Part shown: positions 1 through 13,785 of the stretch, piece by piece
How the letters are laid out: each line of letters starts with the position of its first letter
Numbering within the stretch: position 1 is the first letter of the stretch
NCBI GenBank assembly: GCA_002269645.1
Contig: NIVC01000099.1
Coordinates: 558,001 to 622,000, forward strand
Direction of reading: 5' to 3'
DNA length: 64,000 nt
From: Macrostomum lignano
Lineage: Eukaryota
Notes under the pieces: generated by a model
The model's input: the letters and a program-made list of their open reading frames with translations, nothing else
What the model was told of the DNA's origin: nothing
Databases searched by the model: none
Program-made: the position numbers and the translations under genes

Positions 1-709
1 AATTGCTCCATTCTAAAGGGATTAAATATTCGAAAAACATGCTTTTTTGCAAAGGTCAAGCAAAATTTTCGACTTGAAATGCATTGTAAGAATGCTAGAG
101 AAAAACCTGACTGACTGAATTTCAATTCTGATAAAGATTGCATCACAACAAGTTGAAAACAGTGTCGAAGAAATGCACACACGACTTGATTTAAATTGCG
201 TAGCCAATATTGCTAACTTGAACTGAGACTGATACTGGCTGACTGAGAAATTGATTATGTCATAACTTTTTACTTTAATTGACTTGCTGTAAGAATTGAA
301 TTATAAGGGCCACAATTCATGTACTCCAATTGAAAAAAGATAGCCTAGATACGAACAGATTGGACTGCCAACGTAACGACCTGGGTTCGAATCTTAGTAG
401 TGCAAAATAATTTTTTTTATCAAAACACCTTGAAAACACGAAACTGCTAAACATAAAAAAGCACAATGTCAAACATAAAAGAGGCACCATGTCAAACATT
501 ACATGGGCACCATGTAAAACATATACGTGACTCTATGTCAAACATTCAAGAGCCACCATGTAAAACATAAAAGAGTCACCATTTCGAACATTAAAGAGCC
601 ACCACGTCGAACATTAAAGTGCCAAAATGTCAAACGTAAAAGAGCCACCATGAAGAACATTAAAGAGCCACCATGCCAAACATAAAAGAGCAACCATGTA
701 AAATATTAA

Positions 710-2241
710 CCCTCGAACGTTGGAGAAAACAATTGTCGGTTTATTATATTTGGGGTCCAATGGACCCCTCTGAGTTGATGCATGTTAACAATGCTTTATT
801 GATTATTTATTGTTCAAAGCAAAAAACTACCAATACAATGGCGAACGTAATACATTAGTCGCATATTATCAAAAGCATAGCAACTTATTCATGTACTTTC
901 TAAATGAAATTAAGCAATGAAGCTGAGAGTACTGATTAGTACTAAGTATGTACATGTAGCTGCATCTTCCTCTATAGGGAAACAGCTGTTCGTCTACAGT
1001 AACAGCTTCATTAGGAAAGTAACTCTTCTGTGAGTTCTGGACAAGTCCGTCAAGCAGCAACCTCACAGCGGCAAGCTTATCTAGCTCTTTGCAGTCGCAC
1101 ATTTCGAGTGTCGCGGTTGTCAAGTCGCAGAAATTGGCGAATTAGTCTTGAAGCGCGTCAAAGACATGAAGTTCTTGAAAACCTTTCTTCCGAATTCCTC
1201 ACTCCAGAGCTCATCGATGCTCTCCATGCTTCCTTTGAATACTCCGCGAAGAATGTTTAGGCCAATGAAGGCATTGATTTCCTCTCTGGTAGTTGGATTC
1301 CAAGCATTTCCAAGAACTCTCCTAGCTTCGCGGTTGGTCTCTATCACAATTGTGTCAACCATGTCATTGTCAAAGATGACGTGGAAAGCCGACTCTTCAT
1401 CATGAATGCGTGCTGCAGCGTAAGCTGTGATTCCAGGTCTATTGCGCAAGATGTTGCAGGCTGGCTTCTGTCCAGGACGTGAAGTTTCATGGTGCGCCCA
1501 TACTTGACCACTAGGACTGTGATAACCTCTTTCAACATCACCAGCAGCAGCTGCGGCAGCAACAGGTGATGCTGGCCTTGATGAATCACTAGATGCGTCT
1601 TCAACATCGGGCAAATCAATATCTTGTTCGGCTTCAGCAATATCCGAAAGAGCCTCGTCTTCGTCCGATACTTCAGCGTCAATATGGGCTTCTGGGTGAG
1701 CAACTGGTTGGTTCACAATAACTTTAAGAGCTCTAGACTTAGCAGCTCTTACGATCATCGGTCTAGAAGAAGCCATTTTGCAAATTTTCGCAAATACTTG
1801 CTGAGTAAATGCTTGGTATAGTAGTTTTCTCTATGAATCAGCTGGAAATCGTTCGTTGTAAAGTAGCTATTTTCACAAGATTAGGGCAAGGAGGGTGCTC
1901 CTTATATACCCATCAGCTATATATGGAATATTCTAGAAATATAAAATATTAGAAAGTTTAGAAAATATTGCACCGCCCCAACCGACCTTGTGTGTGTTTC
2001 AAATATATAAATATAGAAAATTTGTTACGGGGTCCACTGGACCCCAAGAACCTCCAATATAACATAGTTCTCTTGGTAAACTCGGCTTATAAAAAATAAG
2101 AACTACGAGGCTTATACGGTTGAATACCTTCAAAAATAATAATTCTCCTAACATCTGGTTGTTTTAACATAACATTTAGTATGATTTTGTTCCAACTAAA
2201 GATACCGTTGGGGTCCAATGGACCCCAAAATCTTTCGAGGG
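710..2241 (-). mobile_element. piggyBac DNA transposon, internally deleted, nested in the Helitron minisatellite
   Basis: TTAA target duplications at 706-709 and 2242-2245; terminal inverted repeats CCCTCGAA/TTCGAGGG; subterminal palindrome GGGGTCCAATGGACCCC near both ends; transposase remnant inside. Confidence 0.92.
869..1776 (-). pseudogene. piggyBac (PGBD/DDE_Tnp_1_7-like) transposase, frameshifted and truncated
   Basis: ATG at 1776, then an acidic N-terminus and the motifs IVIETNREA, EEINAFIGLNILRG and IDELWS...MSLTRF. After frameshifts near 1140 and 1090 it reads SYFPNEAVTVDEQLFPYRGRC (first catalytic Asp). The rest of the catalytic core is absent. Confidence 0.88.
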
Positions 2242-2245
2242 TTAA

Positions 2246-2760
2246 AGAGCCAATATTTCGAACATTAAAGAGCCACCATGGCAAACATTAAAGAGCCACC
2301 ATGTCGAACATTAAAGAGCCACCATTTCGTACATAAAAGAGCCACCATTTCGAATATTAAAGAGCCACCATGAAGAAAATTAAAGAATCACCATATTGAA
2401 CATAAAAGAGCCACAATGTAGAATATTAAAGAGCCACTATGTCGAACATTAAAAAGCCACCGTGTCAAACATAAAAGAGCCACCATGTTGAACATTAAAG
2501 AGCCACCATGTCAAACATTAAAGAGCCACCATGTAGAATATTAAAGAGCCACTATGTCAAACATTAAAGAGCCACTATGTCAAACGTAAAAGTGACTTTA
2601 TGTCAAACATATCAGTGACTTTATGTCAAACATATAGGTGTTTTTATGTAAAACATTAAAGAACCACCATGTCAAACATAAATGAGCCACCATGTCATAC
2701 ATAAAAGAGGCACCATGTCAAACATTAAAGAGCCACCATGTCAAGCATAAAATATACACA
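2246..2760 (+). repeat. 23-bp minisatellite A (AAACATTAAAGAGCCACCATGTC); also about 455-705
   Basis: Direct reading; period 23. Confidence 0.9.
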
Positions 2761-3109
2761 ATTTCAAACGTAAAAGTATTGCCAGCCAATGCCAATTTTA
2801 AGTCATGCCAATTTTAAAGGAGCCACTATAAAGCTAAGGAAATTTTCACACTAGCTACTTATTGTCTGGTGGATGCTTAATATTTGGGGATACTTGCTAT
2901 CTGGGGGGGGGGGGGTGCTCGCTATCTGGGGGGTGCTTGCTATCTGGGGGATGCTTTCTATCTGGGGGATGCTTGCTATCTGGGGGGTACTTGCTATCTG
3001 GGGGATGCTTGCTATCTGGGTGATGCTTGCTGTCTTGGGATGATTTCTTTTTGCATTGCACTTCATTTGAGCAGTTTGTCGGTTTTCTTTGTGAAGGTTT
3101 TTTTGTATG

Positions 3110-4190
3110 TCGAATATTAAACAGCCACCATGTCAAACATAAAAGAGCCACCATGTCGAACATTAAAGAGCCACCATGTCAAACATTAAAGAGCCACCAT
3201 GTCAAACATTAAAGAGCCACCATGTCGAACATTAAAGAGCCACCATGTCGAACATAAAAGAGACACCATGTCAAACATAAAAGAGCCACCATGTCGAACA
3301 TTAAAGAGCCATCATGTCAAACATTAAAGAGCCACCATGTCAAACATTAAAGAGCCATCATGTCAAACATTAAAGAGCCACCACGTCAAACATTTAAGAG
3401 CCACCATGTCGAACATAAAAGAGCCACTATGTCAAACAAACACGTGACTTCATGTCAAATATTAAAGAGCCACCATGTCAAACATAAAAGAGCCACCAGG
3501 TCAGACATAAAAGAGCTACCATGTCAAATATACAAAAGCCACCATGTCAAACATAAAACAGCCACATATACGTGACTTAATGTCAAACCTTAAGGAGCCA
3601 CCATGTAAAATATAAAAGAGCTACCATGTAAAATATAAAAAAGTCATCATGTCAAACGTATACGTGACTCAATGTCAAACATTAAAGAGCCACCATGTCG
3701 AACATTAAAGAGCCACCATGTCAAACATAAAAGAGTCACCATGCCAAACATAAAAGAGCCACCATGTCAAACATAAAATAGCCACCATTTTAAACATATA
3801 CGTGACTCCATGTCAAACATTAAAGCGCCATTATGTCAAACATATATGTGACTGCATGTCAAACATAGAAGAGCCATTATGTCAAACATATAGAGCCACC
3901 ATGTAAAATATAAAAGAGCTACCATGTAAAATATAAAAGGGCCATCATGTCAAACTTTTACGTGACTCAATGTCAAACATTAAAGAGCCACCATGTCGAA
4001 AATTAAAGAGCCACCATGTTAAACGTAAAAGAGCCACCATGCCAAACATAAAAGAGCCACCATGTCAAACATATACGTGACTCCATGTCAAACGTTAAAG
4101 CCACTAGAAGAGCCACTATGTCAACATTAAAGAGCCACCTTTTTAAACATAAAAGAGACACCGTTTCAAACATAAAAGAAGTGTCATGCC
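3110..4190 (+). repeat. 23-bp minisatellite A
   Basis: Direct reading. Confidence 0.9.
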
Positions 4191-4793
4191 AAACAAAATG
4201 GAGCCACTATTAATCTAAGGAAATTGTTGCACTAGCTACTTTCTCTGGTGGATGTTTGCTATTATAAGGATGGATACTTGCTATCAAGGGGATGCTTGCT
4301 ATCGGAAGGATGCTTGCTACTGGGGTAACTTGCTATTGGGAGATGCTTGCTCTTGGGGGGTGGAGGGTACTTGCTATCTAAGAGGGCTTGCTAGATATCT
4401 ATAAGGTCTCTTTGTATCCAGGTTAATGCTTGCTATCTGGGGTTGCTTGCGGTCTGGGGGATGCTTGCTATCTGGGGGATGCTTGCTATCAGGGGTTGCT
4501 TGCAGTCTGGGGGATGCTTACTATCTGGGGTCTGGGGGATGCTTGCTATCTGGGGGATGCTTGCTATCGAGGGGATGCTTGCTATCTGGGGGATGCTTGC
4601 AGTCTGGAGGATTTCGCTATTTGGGGATCGATGCTTGAATGCTGTCTGAGGATGCTTGCTGTCTTGGGATGTTTTGTTTTTAGAGGGAATGTCTGTTGTT
4701 TCTTATGAAGGCTTTATTTCGCTGTCTATTTGTTATTTGTAAAGAACAAGGATTCTATCCAGATGTCCCCCATCGGGGGGCGAAGATTGCTAG

Positions 4794-7058
4794 TCCAATA
4801 TACTAAAAATGAAAATCTTGCTTGTTTGTTTGTACGCAATCGATTAGAGAAAAAATGGCTGGACTGATTTTCTTCGAACTTGCACTGTTCGATCAGAAAT
4901 TTTCCCGTGACGGTACATGCATCTTGGCTAAGAAATTGCTCCATGTTAAAGCAATTAAATATTCGAAAACATGCTTTTTTGCAAAGGTCAAGCAAACTTT
5001 TCGACTTGAAATGCATTGTAATAATGCTAGAGAAAAAACTGACTGGTTGAATTCTGATTCTGAAATAGATTGCATCATAACTGAATTGTAACTCCAGCTT
5101 GAATTGCGTCACAGTATTGAAAATGCAGTGTGGAAGCGTAGCACCAGACTTGATTTAGATTGCGTAACTATATTCTCAACTTTAATTGAGACTGATACTG
5201 ACTTGCCTGGGAAATTGATTATGTCATAACTGCTTCATGAGTGAGTGTTGAATTATATAAGCGCTACAATTTCATTTATAAATTCGATAAGAGCTAGCCT
5301 AGATGTGAACAGACTGGACTGCAAATGCAGCGACCTGGGTTCGAATCTTAGTAGTGAAAAGTTTTTTATTAAAAGCTTTTATTCAAGGACAAATAAAGGA
5401 CAAAAGGCGTCATGTAAAAAATCATAGAAGCGTCATGTAAACAATTATAGAAGCGTCATGTAAAAAATCATAGAAGCGTCATGTAAACCATCATAGAAGC
5501 GTAATGTAAAAAATCATAGAAGTGTCATCTAAAAATCATAGAAGCATCATGTAAACAATCATAAAAGTGTCATGTTAAAAATCATGAAGCGTCATTTAAA
5601 AAAATCATAGAAGCATCATGTAAACAATCATAGAAGCGTCATGTAAAAAATCATAGAAGCGTCATGTAAAAAGCATAGAAGCGTCATGTAAAAAATCATA
5701 GAAGCATCATGTAAAAAGCATAGAAGCGTCATGTAAAAAATCATAGAAGCGTCATGAAAAAATCATAGAAGCGTCATGTAAACAATCATCGAAGTGTCAT
5801 CTAAAAAATCATAGAAGCGTCATGAAAAAATCATAGAAGTGTCATGTAAACAATCATAGAAGCATCATGAAAAAATCATAGAAGCCTCATTAAAAACTAA
5901 TGAAAGTGTCATTTAAAAAAATAAGAAGCATCATGGTAGAATAAAAGAAGCGTCATGTCAGACATGAAAGGTGTCATATAAAAATTAAATGAAGCTATAG
6001 TGCTGGGCTAGGGAGAAAAACTGAGACGTCAAGGCTCACAGAGAATAACTGAGATTACGGGGGTGGGGTTTCTTAGATGTCAAAGCAAAAGTCAGAAGCT
6101 ACTTCAAAGTTCATGTACTTTACTCAATTTTTTTATTACATTCTTTGTTGGCTCGCCACAGGGGGGGCGCTGATAGAAGAAGAGTCATGTAAAAAATAAA
6201 AGTAGCACTATGTATACATAAAAGAAGAGTCATGTCGAAGTTAAAAGATTCCTTTGGGAATTGCTACGATGTCAAAGCTTGGTTGAAATCGTTATAGTGC
6301 TGTGATTCTTAAAGAAGGAATCACTAAAATGTCAAGGCTTAGGGGAGAAGAATTGCTGAGATTTCAAGACTTTAGGTTGGGTTAAAGTTAGGTTTAGGTC
6401 AGGTTTGGGTTGAGGGTTATATTTTATCGGGTTTCAAGGTTAACGGGGGGTTTTTAGATTTCAAGGTTTATGGAGGCCATCGCTGACATGTCAAGGCTTA
6501 CGGGTGGAATAGCTGACATGTCAAGGCTCACGGGGGTATAAATGAGATTTCAAGGCTAAAGTCAGTAGCTACATGTAGTTTATTGAAAACTTTTTATTAC
6601 ATTATTTGATGCCTCCTCAGGGGCAGTAATGTAAAAAATAAAAGAAGCTTCATGTCGAAGTTAAGAGATTCATTTGGGAATCCCTACGATGTCGAGGCTT
6701 GCAGGGAATCGCTATAATGCTGTAGTAGTGCTATAATGACTCTTAGAGAGAATTACTGAAATTTCAATGCTTTAGGGTTAGGTTAGGGTTAGGGCTAGGG
6801 TTAGGTTAGGGTTAGGCTAGGGTTAGGGTTAGAAGGTTGACAGATATTTTTAGATTTCCAAGGCTTATTGGGGGCATTGCTGAGATGTCAAGGGGGGAAG
6901 TTGATATGTTAAAGCTTGTGGGGGGGGGAATTACTGACATTTCAAGGCTTACAAGGTTTGACAGGAGATTTTTTAAGATTTCAAGGATACATGTAGCTTA
7001 TTAAAAAAAACGTGTATTGCATTTCTTTGGCTCCCCAACGGGGGGCATAGATTGCTAG
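4794..7058 (+). mobile_element. Helitron-like unit 2 (type B)
   Basis: TC start and hairpin + CTAG end. It contains the AATCATAGAAGCGTCATGTAAAC minisatellite and a TTAGGG tract, and is colinear with 13786-16381. Confidence 0.8.
6772..6832 (+). repeat. Interstitial telomere-like (TTAGGG)n tract in Helitron unit B
   Basis: TTAGGG repeats with TTAGG and CTAGGG variants. Confidence 0.85.
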
Positions 7059-7659
7059 TTTTATCTCTAAAAAATCCTATATACTAAAAATGAAATGTCT
7101 GTAACTAACTAGCTATGCGATAGATTTCAGAAAAAATGGCTCAACCGATTTTCTTCAAACTTGCACCATTCGATCAGAAATGTTCCTGGGACGGTACATG
7201 TATCTTGGCTAAGAAATTGCTCAATGTTAAAGGGATTAAATATTCGAAAAACATGCTTTTTTGCAAAGGTCAAGCCAAATTTTTGACTTGAAATGCATTG
7301 TAAGAATGCTAGAGAAAAAACTGACTGGCTGAATTACGATTGTGATAAAGATTGCATCACAACAAGGTGAAAACAGTGCCACAGAAACGCACACAAGACT
7401 TCATTGAAATTGCGTAACCATATTGCTAACTTGAATTGAGACTGATACTGGCTGACTGAGAAATTGATTATGTCATAACTTTTTACTCTAACCGACTTGC
7501 TATAAGTATTGAATTATAAGGGCCACAAGTCATGTTCTCGATTTGAAAAGAGATAGCCGGATGCAAACAGACTGGAATGCTAATGTAGCGACCTTGGTTC
7601 GAATCTTAGTGGTGAAAAATGTTTTTTTTATTAAAACACGTTAAAAAACACAAAATTCT

Positions 7660-9960
7660 CAACATTAAAGAGCCACCATATCGAAACATTAAAGAGCCAC
7701 CATTTCAAACATTAAAGAGCCACAATGTCAAACATTAAAGAGCCACCATGTCGAACATAAAAGAGCCACCATATCAAACATACAAGAGTTACCATGTCAA
7801 ACATTAAAGAGCCACCATGTCGAACATTAAAGAGCCACAATGTCAAACATTAAAGAGCCACCATTTCAAACCTAAAAGAGCCACCATGTCGAACATTAAA
7901 AAGCCACCATGTCAAACATTAAAGAGCCACAATGGCAAACATTAAAGAGACACCATTTCAAACCTAAAAGAGTTACCATGTCAAACATTAAAGAGCCGCC
8001 AGGTCAAACATAAAACAGACACCATTAAGAACATTAAAGAGCCACCATGTCGAACATTAAAGAGCCACCATGTCAAACATAAAACAGCCACCATTTCGAA
8101 AATTAAAGAGCCACCATTTTAAACATTAAAGAGCCACCTTGTCAAATATTAAAGAGCCACAATGTCAAACATTAAAGAGCCACCTTATCAAACATTAAAG
8201 AGCCACCATGTCAAACATTAAAGAGCCACCATGTAAAACATTAAAGAGCCACCATGTCGAACATAAAAGAGGTACCATGTCAAACATTAAAGACCCACCA
8301 GGTCAAACATGAAAGTGCCACCATGTCAAATATTAAAAAGCCACCATGTCAAACATTTAAGAGCCACCAGGTCAAACATGAAAGTGCCACCAGGTCAAAC
8401 ATATACATGACTCCATGTCAAACATTAAAGAGCCACCATGTCGAACATAAAAGGGCCACCATGTCAAATATTAAAGAGCCACCATGTCAAACATTAAAGA
8501 GCCACCAGGTCAAACATGAAAGTGCCACCATGTAAAACATTAAAGAGCCACCATGTCAAACATTAAAGAGCCACCATGTCAAACATATACATGACTCCAT
8601 GTCAAACATTAAAGAGCCACCATGTCGAACATAAAAGGGCCACCATGTCAAATATTAAAGAGCCACCATGTCAAACATTAAAGAGCCACCAGGTCAAACA
8701 TGAAAGTGCCACCATGTAAAACATTAAAGAGCCACCATGTCAAACATAAAATAGCCACCATATGAAACATATAGGTGACTCCATGTAAAACATTAAAGAG
8801 CTACCATACCAGACATATACATGAATCCATGTCAAACATATACGTGACTCCATGTTAGACATTTAAGAGCCACCATGTCGAACATTAAAGAGCCAACGTG
8901 TTAAAAATACAAGAGCCACCAGGTCAAACATATATATGACTCCATGTCAAACATTAAAGAGCCACCATGTCGAACATAAAAGGGCCACCATGTCAAATAT
9001 TAAAGAGCCACCATGTCAAACATTTAAGAGCCACCATGTCAAACATATACATGACTCTATGTCAAACGTTAAAGAGACACCATGTCAAACATTACAGAGC
9101 CACCATGTCAAACATTTAAGAGCCACCAGGTCAAACATGAAAGTGCCACCATGTAAAACATTAAAGAGCCACCATGTCAAACATATACGTAACTCCATGT
9201 CAAACATTGAAGAGACCCCATGTCAAACATTAAAGGAGCCACCACGTCGAACATAAAAGAGCCACCATGTAAAACATATACGTAACTCCATGTCAAACAT
9301 TGAAGCGACACCATGTCGAACATAAAAGAGCCACCATGTCGAACATAAAAGAGCCACCATGTCGAACATTAAAGAGCCACCATGTCGAACATAAAAGAGC
9401 CACCATGTCAAACATAAAAGAGCCACCATGTCAAACATAAAAGAGCCATCATGTCAAACATATAAGTGACTTTATGTCAAACATTAAAGAGCCACCATGT
9501 CTAACATTAAAGAGCCACCATGTCCAACATTAAAGAGCCACCATGTCAAAAATTAAAGAGCCACCATGTCTATCATTAAAGAGCCATCATGTCAAACATT
9601 AAAGAGCTACTTTGTCTAACATTAAAGAGCCACCATGTCAAACATTAAAGAGCTACTTTGTCTAACATTAAAGAGCCACCATGTCAAACATTAAAGAGCC
9701 ACCATGTCAAACATTAAAGAGCCACCATGTCAAACATAAAAGAGCCACCTTTTTGAACATTAAAAAGCCACTTTGTCAAACATAGAAGAGCCCCCATGTC
9801 AAACATAGAAGAGCCCCCATGTCAAACATAGAAGAGCCCCCATGTCAAACATAGAAGAGCCACTATGTCAGACATTGAAAAGCCACCGTATCAAACATAA
9901 AAGAGTTACCATGTACGAGCGTAGAACATAAAAGAGCCACCCTGTTAAACATAAAAAGAT
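7660..9960 (+). repeat. 23-bp minisatellite A (about 100 units)
   Basis: Direct reading. Confidence 0.92.
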
Positions 9961-10044
9961 ACACAATTTCAAACGTAAAAGTAAGCGAATTTTAAAGGAG
10001 CCGCTATAATGCTAAGGAAATTGTCGCACTAGCTACTTATTGTC

Positions 10045-10530
10045 TGGTGGATGCTTGCTATTTGGGGATGCTATCTATCTTGGGGATGCTTGCTATCTGG
10101 GGGATGCTTGCTATCTGGGGATGCTTGCTATCTGGGGGATGCTTGCTATCTGGGGGATGCTTGCTATCTGGGGATGCTTGCTATCTGGGGGATGCTTGCT
10201 ATCTGGGGATGCTTGCTATCTGGGGGATGCTTGCTATCTGGGGGATGCTTGCTATCTGGGGGATGCTTGCTATCTGAGGGATGCTTGCTATCTGGGGGAT
10301 GCTTGCTATCTGGGGGATGCTTGCTATCTGGGGATGCTTGCTGTCTGGGGGATGCTTGCTATCTGGGGGATGCTTGCTATCTGAGGGATGCTTGCTATCT
10401 TGGGGATGCTTGCTATCTGGGGGATGCTTGCAATCTGGGGGATGCTTGCTATCTGGGGGATGCTTGCCATCTTGGGGATGCTTGCTATCTAGGGGATGCT
10501 TGCTATCTGGGGGATGCTTGCAGTCTTGGG
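10045..10530 (+). repeat. 17-18-bp G-rich minisatellite (CTGGGGGATGCTTGCTAT); also about 2885-3050, 4250-4660 and 13225-13655
   Basis: Direct reading; it generates the spurious GGCLLS/GDACYL/GMLAIW ORFs. Confidence 0.9.
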
Positions 10531-10667
10531 ATGATTTCTTTTTGCAATGCACTTCATTTGAGCAGTTTGTCTGTTGTCTTTTTGAAGGATTTTTGGCTGT
10601 CTTTTTGTTACTTTAGAAAACAGAGATTCTATCCAGATGTCCCCCATCGGGGGGCGAAGATTGCTAG

Positions 10668-13600
10668 TCCTATATACTAAAAATGAGTTGTCTGTGGGTA
10701 TGCGATAGATTTCAGAAAAATTGGCTCAACCGATTTTCTTCAAACTTGCACCATTCGATCAGAAATTTTCCTGGGACGGTACATGCATCTTGGCTAAGAA
10801 ATTGCTCAATGTTAAAGGGATTAAATATTCGAAAAACATGCTTTTTTGCAAAGGTCACGCAAAATTTTCGACTTGAGATGCATTGTAAGAATGCTAGAGA
10901 AAAAACTGACTGACTGAATTCCGATTGTGATAAAGATTGCATCACAACAAGTAGAAAACAGTGCCGAAGAAATGCACACACGACATGATTTAGATTGCGT
11001 AACCATATTGCTAACTTGAAGTGAGACTGATACTGGCTGACTGAGAAATTGATTATGTCATAACTTTTTACTCCAATTGACTTGCTGTAAGAATTGAATT
11101 ATAAGGGCCACAATTCATGTTCTCCAATTGAAAAGAGATAGCCCTGATGCGAACAGACTGGAATGCTAATATAGCGACCTGGGTTCGAATCTTAGTAGTG
11201 CAAAAAGATTTTTTTATTAAAACACCTTAAAAACACAACAAAACTGCTAAACATCAAAGAAGCGCAATGTCAAACATAGAAGAGCCAACATATCGAACAT
11301 AAAAGAGTTACCATGTCAAACATAGAAGAGCCACCATGTCAAACATAAAAGACCCACCATGTCAAACATAAAAGAGCCACCATTTCGAACATTAAAGAGC
11401 CACCATTTCGAACATTAACGAGCCACCATTTTGAACATTAAAGAGCCACCATGTCAAACAATTAGGAGCCACCATGTCAAACATTAAAGAGCCACCATGT
11501 CGAACATAAAAGAGCCACCATGTCGAACATAAAAGAGCCACCATGTCAAACATATATGTGACTTTATGTCAAACATTAAAGAGCCACCATGTCGAACGTT
11601 AAAGTGCCACCATGTGTAACATAAAAGAGCTACATCATGAAGAACATTAAAGAGCCACCATGTTAAACATAAATCTGGCATGATGTCAAACATTAAAGTG
11701 CCACCATATCGAACATTAAAGAGCCACCATGTCAAACATAAAAGAGCAACCATGTCGAACATTAAAGAGCCACCATGTCGAACATTAAAGAGCCACCATG
11801 TCAAACATTAAAGAGCAACCATGACAAACATTAAAGAGCCACCATGTCAAACATTAAAGAGCCACCATGTCAAAAATTAAAGAGCCACTACGTCAAACAT
11901 TAAAGAGCCACCATGTCGAACATTAAAGAGCCACTATGTCAAACATTAAAGAGCCATCATGTCAAACATTAAAGAGCCACCACGTCAAACATTAAAGAGC
12001 CACTATGTCAAACATTAAAGAGCCATCATGTCAAACATTAAAGAGCCACCACGTCAAACATTAAAGAGCCACCATGTCGAACATAAAAGAGCCACCATGT
12101 GAAACATACACGTGACTCAATCTCAAACAGTAAAGAGCCACTATGTCAAACATAAAAGAACTACCATGTCAGACATAAAAGAGCCACCATGTCAAATTTA
12201 CAAAAGCCATCATGTCAAACATAAAACAGCCACATATACGTGACTTAATGTCAAACCTTAAGGAGCCACCATGTCAAACATTAAAGAGCCACCATGTCGA
12301 ACATTAAAGAGCCACCATGTAAAATACAAAAGAGCTACCATGTAAAATATAAAAGAACCATCATGTCAAACGTGTACGTGACTCAATGTCAAACATTAAA
12401 GAGCCACCATGTCGAACATTAAAGAGCCACCATGTCAAACATAAAAGAGTCACCATGCCAAACATAAAAGAGCCACCATTTTAAACATATACGTGACTCC
12501 ATGTCAAACATTAAAGCGCCATCATGTCAAACGTATACGTGACTCAATGTCAAACATTAAAGAGCCAAATGTCAAACAACTTAGCCACCATGTCAAACAA
12601 AGAAGAGACACCATGTCAAACATAAAAGAGCCACCATGGCGAACATTAAAGAGCCACCATGTCAAACATAGAAGAGACACCATGTCAAACATAAAGAGCC
12701 ACCATGTAAAATATAAAAGAGCTACCATGTAAAATATAAAAGGGCCATCATGTCAAACATTTACGTGACTCAATGTCAAACATTAAAGAGCCACCATGTC
12801 GAACATTAAAGAGCCACCATGTTAAACATAAAAGAGCCACCATGCCAAACATAAAAGAGCCACCATGTCAAACATATACGTGACTCCATGTCAAACATTA
12901 AAGCGCCATCATGTCAAACATATATGTGACTGCATGTCAAACATAAAAGAGCCACCATGTCAAACAACTAAGCCACCATGTCAAACAAAGAAGAGACACC
13001 ATGTCAAACATAGAAGAGCCATCATGTCAAACATAACAGAGACAACATTTCAAACGTAAAAGGGCCGCCATGGTAAACATAGAAGAGCCACTATGTCAAC
13101 ATTAAAGAGCCACCTTTTTAAACATAAAAGAGACACCGTTTCAAACATAAAAGAAGTTTCATGCCAAACAAAATTTAGCCACTATAAATCTAAGGAAATT
13201 GTTGCACTAGCTACTTTCTCTGGTGGATGCTTGCTATTTAAGGATGGATACTTGCTATCAAGGGGATGCTTGCTATCGGAAGGATGCTTGCTACTGGGGT
13301 AACTTGCTATTGGGAGATGCTTGCTCTTGGGGGGTGGAGGGTACTTGCTATCTAAGAGGGGGCTGCTAGATATCTATAAGGTCTCTTTGTATCCAGGTTA
13401 ATGCTTGCTATCCGGGGTTGCTTGCGGTCTGGGGGATGCTTGCTATCTGGGGGATGCTTGCTATCAGGGGTTGCTTGCAGTCTGGGGGATGCTTACTATC
13501 TGGGGTCTGGGGGATGCTTGCTATCTGGGGGATGCTTGCTATCTGGGGTTGCTTGCTATCGGGGAGATGCTTGCTATCTGGGGGATGCTTGCAGTCTGGA

Positions 13601-13785
13601 GGATTTCGCTATTTGGGGATCGATGCTTGAATGCTTTCTGAGGATGCTTGCTGTCTTGGGAGGTTTTGTTTTTAGAGGGAATGTCTGTTGTTTTTTATGA
13701 AGGCTTTATTTTGCTGTCTATTTGTTATTTGTAAAGAACAAGGATTCTATCCAGATGTCCCCCATCGGGGGGCGAAGATTGCTAG
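10668..13785 (+). mobile_element. Helitron-like unit 4 (type A2)
   Basis: CTAG|TC junctions at both ends; the 3' part is colinear with about 3110-4793. Confidence 0.8.
11265..13160 (+). repeat. 23-bp minisatellite A
   Basis: Direct reading. Confidence 0.92.

Larger units (their letters stand above)
1..4793 (+). mobile_element. Helitron-like unit 1 (type A1 fused to type A2 at about 3105; 5' end lies before the window)
   Basis: It follows the A1 sequence to about 3105, then jumps into the 23-bp minisatellite and the A2-type 3' half. It ends with hairpin + CTAG at 4793. Confidence 0.75.
7075..10667 (+). mobile_element. Helitron-like unit 3 (type A1)
   Basis: TCCTATATACTAAAAATG start preceded by A; long 23-bp and 18-bp minisatellites; hairpin + CTAG end. 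Confidence 0.8.

Noticed and set aside
7660-9960. CRISPR-like regular repeats
   Set aside because: The monomers abut with no unique spacers, there are no cas genes, and the context is eukaryotic.
2851-13700. Many GGCLLS/GDACYL/KSHHVK ORFs
   Set aside because: They are translations of the Helitron-internal minisatellites.
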